DNA of 64,000 nt, from the NCBI RefSeq assembly GCF_006345805.1, contig NC_042998.1:44578001-44642000 (forward strand). The letters run 5' to 3'. Origin of the DNA: Octopus sinensis (taxonomy: Eukaryota). Positions within the stretch are counted from its first letter, which is position 1; every line of letters starts with the position of its first letter. The position numbers and the translations under genes are program-made. Of the stretch, positions 53,018-64,000 are shown in pieces. The notes beneath the pieces are model-generated. The model was not told the origin of the DNA and searched no databases. It saw nothing but the letters and a program-made list of their open reading frames with translations.

Positions 53018-54222
53018 ATGGCCAATAATATTCAAAAACGCCACTGGGTTGAATATGAAATCACTGCACTAATAAACGCTTGGTACACTCACCACAACGA
53101 AGCTAATGTTTACAGTAAAATAGCTGAAAAATTAGCAAAACAATCCTTTCACAGATCTGTAAAACAGATCGAAAATAAAATTAAAGAGATTGTAAGAACA
53201 TTTCCTATTTTCCACACGCACATGGCAACACTAGAAGCCATCCTTGTCAATGAATGTAGTGCACCAAATGACCCAACCCCAACAGGTCAGGGGTCACTTC
53301 AATGACCCGATAGCCAGCAACAAACATCTGACCTAATTCCGCCCATTCCACCCAACACTACCTTGGCAAGCCAGAACTCACTATCACAACAGCCTGCTTC
53401 TGCTACCACATTGGAACCAGTACCTGACCCGATTCCACCCAGCCCTACTGTTGCAAGTCAAGTTTCACTGCTTCTACAGCAACAACAACAACAACAACAA
53501 CACTCTGCTACTGCTACTACAGCCAGAATAGAAAAACCACTACTACACTCACATAAAACACCCTGCCGTTACTATTCTCAAGGCAACTGTAGATTTGGCC
53601 CCAGCGGCACCAACAACAAGGGACGCTGTGCTTTTTTCCATACTACCTTATGTCGTAGACTTGTTAAGGGCACCTGTCCATATGGTATAACGGGAAAAAA
53701 TTGCCCTCACCTCCACCCCAAATACTGTCCTAAATACAGAGTCCATGGTCCTGATCCCAAATATGGATGCACAAAAGGCAATGGATGCACCTTCTTCCAT
53801 CCTAAACTGTGCCAAACTTCTGTGTCACTAAGGATGTGCCTGAACCCAGAATGCAACCACCACCATCTGAAGGGCACAAAACGATCGCAAAATAAATATA
53901 AACAGCAACAGAGGAGATCTACGACAACAACAAAAACAAAATACAACCACGTTTCTCCTCCTACAATCAAACAACGTAGACAGAACCATGAAAAAACCAT
54001 AACACCAACATGAATTATGTATCCTCTGACCAAGTGGCAAATCAAAGAGGTAACTCTTTTTTTCTGACTTACCTAGAAAATATGAAGGCCGACCTAAGCC
54101 AGGAGATCCAACGAGCTATCAGCAACCACCTTGGCAGATCACAAGGACCACACACCCACTACCAACAAGAAAATCATACACACACAGCTCCATACAAGAA
54201 CTACCCACATTATTACCACTGA
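53018..54222 (+). pseudogene. LINE ORF1: Myb/SANT-like trihelix domain, Q/P/T-rich linker, four CCCH zinc fingers, helical C-terminus
   Basis: ORFs 52994-53305 and 53363-54013 are in the same frame, separated only by TGA at 53303. A probable frameshift leads into 54010-54222 (FFLTYLENMKADLSQEI). Confidence 0.8.
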
Positions 54223-54247
54223 ACAACATAAAACATAACTTAGAACA

Positions 54248-56389
54248 ATGCAAACATCAAACTTCCCTTACCTCGAAATTCCTGTTAAATGTACGTGGCA
54301 TCAACTCATCAATTATTGCCCAGAAATGGAAGATCCTATATATAGAGAGTTGGCTTGCCGAAACGGCACTTTGCTTCCCTTTCTTTATCCTTACCGAGAC
54401 TCACCTGAACAACACCCATATGGACGCTGAGGTGAAAATAAAAGATGTCACCATTGTTCGTGAGGATCGCACAGACCGAAATAAGGGAGGGACAGCCATC
54501 TTTATCCATGACTCCTTTTCACTTGATGCCAAGGACATATTTTCCAATGGCTATTGTGAATCTGTATCACTATTAAGCTAGGCCAAGGACATAATCAATG
54601 TTGGTCTTTACAGGCCTCCCCAAGCACCTCTAAAGTGCTGTCTCACCCATTGGGCCATTGATTGATGATAACGGCATTCCCCAACACGATGCTAAAGAAA
54701 TGGCAGAAATACTGCAGAAACAATACTGCTCTGTCTTCAGTGTTCCCACTGATATTGACGTAAGAGAAGCGAACGAAGTTGACTCCCAACATAAAATCTC
54801 AGACATAACATTCACTGTCACTGACATCATAGCAGCAATAAATGAGGTCAAATACTACTCTGCTGTAGGCCCTGATAGATTCCCCGCTAGTCTCCTGAAG
54901 GAATGTAGACACCAACTTGCAGTCCCTCTGACCAACCTCTAGAGAAATTCGTAGGACGCAGGTTATATACCGAAACAGTTTCTATCCCAGTCAGTCATCC
55001 CGGTTTTCAAACAGGGAAACAGATCCCTCGCACTCAACTATCGCCCAATCTCACTCACCTCCCACATCATTAAAGTGTTTGAAAGAGTGTTAAGATCAAA
55101 GATAGCTGACTTCCTGGAGACCCACAAACTCCTAAATGCAAATCAGCATGGCTTTCGCTGTGGCAGGGACTGTCTAACACAGCTCTTACACCACATTGAA
55201 GATATACTCAAAGCCTTGGGAACAGGTTCGAACTCTGATGTCATATATCTTGACTTCAGTAAAGCGTTCGACGGGGTAGACCATAATACCCTACTCTCAA
55301 AATTGGCAAATGTTGGAATCCGTGGAAAAGTTCTACACTGGATTAAGTATTTCCTGGCGAATAGAACACAACATGTTGTAGTTGATGGAGTCCACTCAAG
55401 CCCAGCAAAAGTCACCAGCGTTGTCCCCCAGGGGACTGTCTTGGGTCCGCTACTCTTCATAATTTACATAAACGACCTTTCCAGTGTCGTACATTACTGC
55501 AAAGTGAAAATATTTGCTGATGACACTAAGCTCAAACAAATCGTCAATGAAGAAACAGACCGAACTCAACTCCAGTCTGATCTATATGCTGTGAGTCAAT
55601 GGGCGGACAGAAACAAAACGCAACTGAACGAGGGAAAATTTGAGCTGATGCATTTTGGAAGAAATTCCTCACTAAAACAGCCATACACTCTTCCTTCAGG
55701 GGAACCGCTCACAGCCGCTAACAATATCAGAGACCTGGGTGTAATTGTTGATGACGATCTCAGTTGGAGTGCACACATCAACAAGAAGGTTGATATAGCT
55801 CGTAGGATGAGCTCCTGGATCTTAAGAACTTTCCGGTCCAGAGAACAAGGTGTCACTTTTCTCCTCCTTTGTACGGTCACACCTCGAATACTGCTGCCCC
55901 CTGTGGTCTCCCCATACAAGACAAAATATCTCGAGGATTGAATCACCCCAGAGGGCACTCACTAAACGAATTGAAGGTATGGCTGCTCTCAATTATTGGG
56001 ATCGCCTTAAAACCTTGAAACTCTACTCTCTCCAGCGTCGCCGTGAGCGGTACATCATTTGTACGATGTGGAGAATATACCGCCAACTTTGCCCAAACGA
56101 CCTGAACATTAGCTTCAAGGTTCATCCAAGACTGGGACCACGGGCCATACGTCCCCTGTCCAATTCAAGATCACAGCATACATGTACACTGCAACATAAT
56201 TTATTTTCCTCAACAGGCCCTGCCCTATTTAACATTGTCCCGAAAGAGATCAAAGAGGAAAAGGATCCCATCAACTTTAAACGGAGTCTGGATAGATTCC
56301 TTCAAAGAAAACCAGATAAACCACCCATAATTGGATACAACTCCCCCAACAAAAACTCACTACTTGAATGGACCATAAACAAAACTTGA
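54248..56389 (+). pseudogene. LINE ORF2: partial APE endonuclease and reverse transcriptase
   Basis: APE motifs LNVRG (54285), LTETHL, REDR..NKGGTA and YRPP (54609), then a deletion near 54645. RT motifs NYRPISLTS, NQHGFR, YLDFSKAFD, VPQGTVLGPLLF, FADD (55513-55524), RSHLEYCCPLWSP, LYSLQRRRER. Stops at 54940 and 54952, frameshift near 55865. Confidence 0.95.
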
Positions 56390-57785
56390 CTTAAACAGGA
56401 TTCAAATAATCCTATCAGGTGGTGCTATTAAGTTAGACATGGCCTGGACCAATCTTTGGTCGAAACATATCTAAGTTTATCTAAGTTTATATATACACAC
56501 ACACATATACTGAGACACAGAGATTGGTTCACGCTCAGAAGGCATTGAATTTGTCTAACTGAGCCTTTAGCAGGAGATAGAGGATACAGTGAAATGAAAT
56601 CAAAACTGGAGCCAGATGATAGGGGGTCTAACTAAACATCGATGCCTTCATCCTTAATGTGATCGGGAGTGAATGACTTATTTGATTTATGCTGGAATGC
56701 CCGTCTGCGAAAACATTCAAGTTTATATCTAACACGTTTTGATCTGTTGTTTCTGATTGAAATTGTGATACGTGTTTACCGATGTATGCAGCAATATTGA
56801 AAAATAAAAAGACCTTCTACATATTTCTTATGCTTCGTATTTAAAATCTAATGTTTTCTTCTACGTATGAGAACACAAATAGTCTATTATTTCATACAGA
56901 AACAGCTATATATTATTTTTGTATATATATATATGCATGCACATATATACAGAGATTTTCTGTGTTCTTTCACTGACGCTTGCCTCAATGCCTTCTTGTT
57001 TTAATGGAAATAAAACGATAGCGGGTCTGTACTGATTACTCTGATGTCGATGCCTCATATGGCTTTTCTTTAATACTGGAAACTACAATACCTTCTGACA
57101 TAAAATCAGAAACACTGAATATCGATTTATGATTATGATTTTTCTTTTTTTTTTTGTTAATTTCTGATATGCAAAAGACGTTTGAAAAGATTCGTGAGGG
57201 CAGAAAGCTATTTAGTTCAAGAAATGGAATAACAAAATAATAAAACTCCTCTTTGTATTCCTTCTCTCACTCAATCTATTTGCCTCCTTTCTCTCCATCT
57301 TTCTCCCGCTATTCCTTTCTTTCTCTTTATCATAGATAAAGAAAGAGAGATCTATCTATCTATATATCTGTCTGTCTATCTATGTATCTCACACTTTGTC
57401 CTGCTAGCTACCTATCTTTTTCCTCGCAATCTCACATGAAGATATATCGATCCAACAAACAGAACATATACACATTTTCTTTCCTTTGTATAAACTCACT
57501 GTTTCTCTCTTTATACTTATATAAATTTCGTTTCTCGTTTTCCTCCTCTTACTCCTTCTCCTCCATTCTCTTTGAATTATTTATTAGGTCAAACAGTACC
57601 CCGGTCCAATCAATCTTATCGCAACTCCTCAATACAAAATGTTAAGTATTTCTGATCTCCAAATGCAATTCCAATCAGAATAACATAGTACTCAAACACA
57701 CACACACACAAACACACATTCGAGGACGTGCATATCTACTCATATATATGTATCTATAGATAAAGATAGGGAGGCAGGGAGGTAC

Positions 57786-57821
57786 ATATTATGTATATAT
57801 AATATATATATATATATATAC

Positions 57822-57867
<46 letters not shown>

Positions 57868-57972
57868 CATATATATACTTATGTATATGTACATATATGT
57901 ATGTATATATACATAAATACATATATTTATATATATATATATATCCATATGTATATATATATATCCATATGT

Positions 57973-58036
<64 letters not shown>

Positions 58037-58364
58037 TATATATATGCATATATATGCATATGTATATGCATATGTATATGTATATGAATATATATGTCTG
58101 AATAATATTCCTTTGCATAGGCACACAAGAACATAAACCCTCACATACGAACACACATACAGACGCACATACACGCACGCACACACACCCTCACATACAT
58201 GTATACATATATATATATATATGCATATATATATGCATATATATATATATATATATATGCATATATATATGCACATATATATATATATTATATGCATGTA
58301 TATATAAACTCTCGTATATTCCATCTTCCGTCTTTCATTTTCCCCTCATATGTATTTATATATA

Positions 58365-58395
<31 letters not shown>

Positions 58396-58430
58396 CATAA
58401 TCATATGTATATATATATATATATATAGCT
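57786..58430. repeat. Long (TA)n/(CATA)n compound microsatellite region
   Basis: Read directly from the sequence. Confidence 0.9.
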
Positions 58431-60202
58431 ATCATTTGTTGTTAATGAAAATGAAGAGAGACCCTTTTAATGTACATAATAGATTATTGACATAATCTTG
58501 GCGTCGATCAATTAGCTTTGATTTAAGAGGTTTCTGTGTAAATGAAAGGTCACTTGAAAACCAGTGAAAACTTTTCGATAAAGCAGCGCTCTCGCTGAAT
58601 TTCTAACTTAATTAATAACTAAGATGATTGATGCAGGACGCTACTTTTCTTATTATTAAGAAATTATAATGGTATCGGCTGCTTAGTAGAGTAAAATGAT
58701 CAATTGTGCAATAAAAATAGCGATTGCACTTGATGGTGCTTTTCTGAAAGCGTTGTACTATAAGGTAGGTCATGGCAAAAAAAATGATAACTGAAAATTT
58801 GCACTAATTTTATTGCTGTCAGAACTCTGAAATTTTAATAAAAACCACTTTTCATAAATTTGCAGTAGAAAAACAGAAAATAAGCTTCGTTTCCCCCAAC
58901 TTACCAGCCAAAAGCCTTGTCGTTATAGTTGATGCTGTTATCTGCTTATCGTGATATGATCGCGCACTTATCCACTTAGACCTCTGACTTTCTTCAGTCT
59001 GTCTCTCTCTTTCTCTTTCTCTCTCTCTCTCTTTCTCTTTCTCTCTCTCTTCCACTCCCTCTCTTTCTCTCACTCAATCTCTCTCTCTCTCATACACACT
59101 CACATGAAACTACATAACTGACACTTCATTATCATCTTCCTGCTCTTCTTCTCCTTCTTCTTCGCCTCTTCCTCTTCCGTCTTTGCTTTCCTCTTCTTCT
59201 GCATCTACTTCCTTTTCGTCATCTTCAAACGACCGAAACGAAGACGTGTTTTACTATGCCGCGTCAGAAACGTCTGTCCTCCCCCCCACTCCGACAATCC
59301 GTGATCGGCTTCCACTTTCACGTTAAATGTCTCTACCTCTGCCAATAACTTCAGTGTAGGTAAGTAGCCTTCCTCCTATATGGAGGTCTCCAGAATATAA
59401 AATCTTACATACTCTGGTATTCAGCATCATAACAGTGAACAGAAGACGATACTCAGTGTTTAGCAACATTAACAGAGATGCGTAGAATGTGTCCATAAAC
59501 CGTTTTTGACTTGTGATCATTCCTTGAAAGGCTCGGCATAAAAAGTGTGACAGTGTCAAATATCCAGAATGTTATATTGAGAATACTCGCTAGTTTACGC
59601 GATTGCATCGGGATCGGTTGTTAACCAGTGATACAAATTATATGAACGATCAAACTGTAGAATGAGATAAGTAATTTAATTTTGAAATTAGTCTATAGTT
59701 GCCTGATATATTCGTTGAGACAATACAGTAGCCAAATGGCAAAATAAGTTACGTCTAGCGCCACCATTTCAATGGCTTATATAAGAGAAAGATGGGACAG
59801 ATTCTTTGTTTATATTTGTTACGTTCCCTTGACACAATGCATAAAATATTAGCGATCTTCAGTATTCTGTTTCTGAACCGTTTCAAGCATCATTTGAATC
59901 TGATGTGAACTTAAGACAGAGTTTTAAAAATAGTCCCTTTATGGTCTTACTGTCAATGTTCTTGAATAGAGTAAATTAATTAAATTAAACATACTATCTA
60001 GAAATGTAAATAAAATCACAGTCTGTAAAATTTTCGATTTCTTTTGAAACGGAAGCAGCTAAGTGGAAAACAATGCTTCTAGCTTAATAGAATTGATTTC
60101 TTACAGAGACGAGAAAGTTCTGAACGCAGTAATTATAAACGTTACAAAACTTACTATATGGTTTCAGATCACCAAACCAGCGAGGAATACTAATAATAAT
60201 AC

Positions 60203-60265
<63 letters not shown>

Positions 60266-60482
60266 TAAATATATTCAAACAAATACTTAACAAAAATACC
60301 AGGACTTACAAACACACATAATATACAGAAAATTGCACTACTAGGCACTGCCCACATCCTACGCAGAACACTTTCAATACAGTAACCATCAGAGCATCAC
60401 AACAAATCACAACACATACCCAAGGTACACAGAGCTGCGCTCGGTAGTGAAGTGAAAGCACGTTATAAAAATAAAACTACTG
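60266..60482 (+). mobile_element. Short 5'-truncated copy of the 7417-8205 R4/Dong subfamily
   Basis: About 14 mismatches in about 218 nt versus the reverse complement of 7417-7640 (counted by eye). (TAA)n lies on both sides. Confidence 0.92.
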
Positions 60483-60486
60483 AATG

Positions 60487-60540
<54 letters not shown>

Positions 60541-60563
60541 TAATAATAATAATAATAATAAAT

Positions 60564-61117
60564 GCCCTGATGCAGTACCAGGCAGAGGCTCTCATGGCTT
60601 CTGATCTTAACTGATTGGAAGTGTTATCATGTTCATTGTTCTGTCTTGGTATAAAAAATGGGCTACAGCAAATATTCTGCTCAATACCACAGATTTGCTT
60701 GTCAGTTGTTTGACCTTAACCAGTTGAGCATGTCCCTTAGTGGCTGACGATATGTGCATCTCTGATCACGAGCAGAAGTAGTGGGGGAGCATCATAGCCA
60801 TATGTTGAGAGGGATTCTTTGGGGTTTGAATAATTCACCTCTGGAGATATGGGTGGGTTTTTCAACATCCTTAAACAACCCTTATTCAGGGACCGTTTGA
60901 GCGGGATGGGCTACTCAACCTGAAGAAAATTCTAACTGGGCCCCACCTGCAAGGTCATGTGCAGTTTATCTTGATATGAGATCACCATGTCGCGCACATA
61001 TGGTTGTGATGCATGTGCCTGGTGTATCCTTATCAGACGGGTAGTCATGATGGGTATATTGGGCTTCGTATATTTTACCCCAGTGTCACTTTGATGGCAT
61101 GAACTGCTCTCTCACTC
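60564..61117. mobile_element. Unclassified 554-bp non-coding unit between (AAT)n tracts
   Basis: Sharp boundaries, higher GC than its flanks, no ORF, TIR or clear A/B box. Confidence 0.5.
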
Positions 61118-61170
61118 AATAATAATAATAATAATTACTATTATTATTATTATCATAATTATTATTATCA

Positions 61171-62243
61171 TTTTCTCTTTATCACAAGTTTTATTGGAGC
61201 TCCTGGAGTCTTGTATCCGTGGTGGCCTTACTACATGCGGCCTATCGTACCATGCTACTCGTTCTTTTCAGCTATCTAATACTTTCCTGATTATTCTGGC
61301 CGTGCCACTGACGCAAACCTTTCGTAACACTTCTACTGGGCACTCGATTCCAATTTCCTTTATATTCCTTTCGATGCCTTCTGATACTGTTCCCAAAGAC
61401 CCAACAATAATTAGCACTATCTTCACCTTCTTCATTTTCCATAGCCGGGCTATTTCGTACTTAAGAGCCTGGTATCTATCTTTCCGTCTTCCTTTTTGAC
61501 TATTCGTGTGTGTCAAAGGGGCATGCAAAATCAATTATATAGCATATTTGGTGCACATTGTCCACCACTAGTAGGTCCGGCCTGTTATGCTCTAGCACCT
61601 AATCTGTTTGGATTGGGAAGTTCCAGAGGATTTTGCTAGTCTCCGATTCTGTCACTCTCTGCGGTTTGTGCTCATACCATGTCTTGCCTCTCTCTAGCCC
61701 TCACGTTTCGCTACTTAGACCTGTCGCCACCACTTGTAGTAATTTGGGACAAGTTTAGGGCATTCGTTCATGCTATGAGTAATGGTTTCATTCACTCTAT
61801 TGTAGATGCGGCACATCGGAGACACTTGCTCATCCCTCAGGTTGTAATCCCATGCAGAATAGGGTTTATTCTCTGTTGTTGGCTATTCGTGATCGGAATT
61901 CGTTAGCACTCACAACTCCATCGACGGTAAATCTGTCTGCATTGGCAGTATACTGTAGCAGGTCATGTTCACTATTTACAAAAATCCTCTGTCAAGTTTC
62001 GCTTTCAGTTCTGATGCATTCCCGTGTGATTACCAGGCCTTGTCAGCCTTTACTCTTCATCATGTACAGCCTCTGTACGTTCCTCTTAGGGCGGAAGTCA
62101 CCTTGGAATATCATCGTATTTCGGATAGTGCAATCGAGTTGGTCAATTTCCGCTTCGTGTCCATTTCAGAATGGGTGCACTATAGCAAACTACAGCAACA
62201 GCCCATATTTTTATGGCAGTCACAATGTCCCTTGTACTGAGTT
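61171..62243 (-). mobile_element. R4/Dong-like LINE 3' portion, third subfamily, decayed
   Basis: IVTAIKIWAVAVVCYSAPILKWT, RPKRNVQRLYM, CRI(Y)NRVNETITHSMNEC, ILWNFPIQTD, HNRPDLLVVD, LIIVGSLG, GTARIIRKVLDS*. Flanked by (ATT)n and (GTT/ATC)n. Confidence 0.88.
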
Positions 62244-62278
62244 TTGACTATTATCATCATTATTATTGTTGCTGCTGC

Positions 62279-62327
<49 letters not shown>

Positions 62328-64000
62328 ATCATCATCATCAGCAGCAGCAGCATCATCATTATTATTATTATTATTATTATTATTTCAGATAAGAAATTAT
62401 CACATTTATTATTATTATTGCTATCGTCACCGTTATTATCAATATTATCATTATGATCTTCAGTGTTTCCAGTACTGATGTTATTATTTTCGACAACGGT
62501 TACTCGAGCAACAAAACGTTTCTTGATGTATACTTAAAAGGATAAGAATGAAAGAATGAAAGCATTAGATCAACAATATATACATACTTTCATGTCTTGC
62601 AATAATAATAACGACAAACGCTGAAAAGGGGAATTCTGGAATCTTTAAACGTTAGGAGCAACCATGAAAATCTCTTCGGAGCAGTAATTGTTATGAATGG
62701 ACAAAATAAAAAGTAAATAAATAAATAAATAAATAAAAGTTGTTTTTTTTTTGTTATTCAAATACAAACAGTTGAGAGAAATATATCACGCAATTTACAA
62801 GTTTCAACAACGCAAAATAACACTTATATTCTGAGTATTTGTTGCAAATTAAAGATGAAAAAACATCAGTGCTTCTCATTGTAATATGATTTTCCTATAC
62901 CTGAATATGAGAAATATAATGAAAGTATATATTGATATTTCCTTTTCTATATTCTTACTATTAACCATTGTAATAAAATACATAAAAGTATACAAAAGCG
63001 TCTTTAATTCATTTTATCGAATTTATCATGCATACAAAGCTGAATTTCCAGTTCTGTCGATAGTGTCCATCGACTGATAACTGTGTAGTGTAGACGGTCT
63101 CTTTGCATTCATCTCGGTATTGAATCTCTAGTTAATACGCTTAAAACTATATACCGAGTCAACTCTATAAATGACCAAGGTGACATTTAGAGAGCTGATG
63201 CATGGGAAGGATTTCAACACTGCTGCATCATTGTGTAATTGATTATTATTTTGTTAGCGTCCAATGCTGATTTTAAATATCAGCCAATACCCCAAAGGTA
63301 TAACTCATAAAAATAAACATTTTAATGTAAGTAGCCTAAGGCACATTACGTTAAGAGCCACGTGTGCACACACATACGCATTGTACACACGCATACATAC
63401 ATGTGAGTGTATCTGTGTGCGTGCTTCGACAAAACAACTTTGTTTTTCGTGTAAAACGTAATAAAGTGAACGATACACATGAACGGAGAATCACGTAAAG
63501 CATTGTTTATTTTTGTAACTATTATAACCAGGCAGCTTCTGGGTCTTTAGCGTTTTGAGTTTGAATCCTGCAGAGGTCAAATTTGCCTTTTATCCCTTGG
63601 GATCGATAAAACAAAGCACCATTTTAGTACTGAAGGCGATGTTATCAACTAACCACTCTCCGCAAAATTACTGGCCTTTTACCAAAATTAAAAATTATGA
63701 TTAGCAGGTGGCCAACAAGCCGAGTCTTTAGAGGTGCTGGATCGAATGCTTTGTGGCTTTGTTCCTGTTCTTTATGTTATAAGTTCATATTCCATCGAAG
63801 TAAAGTTTTCGCTTCTTCTGTCTGGACTCGACTAAGTAACAGTCAAAAGTGTTGAATTCACAGAATGGATAGAACATTGAACATTCTTGTTGTTGTTTTT
63901 GTGTGAAGTTTCTTCCAGCTTTTTGTGGTGGCAACGTCTGTGGCGACATTTGTGCCAGCTGTGTTGGTTCCAACCTTTCTCTCGGACAACAACCGATATG

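Larger units (their letters stand above)
52600..56490 (+). mobile_element. Near-full-length CR1/L2-group LINE, inactivated
   Basis: A/C-rich 5' UTR (start approximate), ORF1, APE-RT ORF2, 3' stem-loop gacca-atctt-tggtc followed by gaaac, and a tandem tail (ctaagtttat)2. Confidence 0.92.

Noticed and set aside
59110-59365. Ser-rich or Glu-rich frames and a perfect ag|gtaagt donor at about 59358
   Set aside because: Low-complexity (CTT)n-like sequence, with stops in all frames before the donor.
63785-64000. Minus-strand frame ending KKLHTKTTTRMFNVLSIL*, resembling a GPCR ICL3-TM6
   Set aside because: It stops mid-helix, is cut by the window edge and has no other GPCR motif.

Overview
AT-rich, microsatellite-dense animal genomic DNA. 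The SINE repertoire and repeat density look like Octopus or another coleoid cephalopod, which is inference from recalled repeat families and was not searched. No host protein-coding gene, rRNA, tRNA gene or CRISPR array can be supported, and most ORFs in the track are translated microsatellites. The window is a transposon mosaic. It holds a near-full-length decayed CR1/L2-type LINE (about 52600-56490) whose ORF1 combines a Myb/SANT-like trihelix domain with four CCCH zinc fingers. Other retroelements are a young Tx1-like LINE 3' end embedded in (GATA)n, a decayed Tx1-like ORF1, six R4/Dong-like fragments mostly inside (TAA)n tracts, and a Penelope-like GIY-YIG element with a ~275-bp palindrome. 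There is also a separate candidate type I hammerhead ribozyme, two non-autonomous Helitrons and four MITEs (Merlin-like, mariner, long-TIR, piggyBac-like). Of the many tRNA-derived SINEs, two have 3' tails that match the 3' ends of LINEs present in this same window. All alignments and folds were done by eye.
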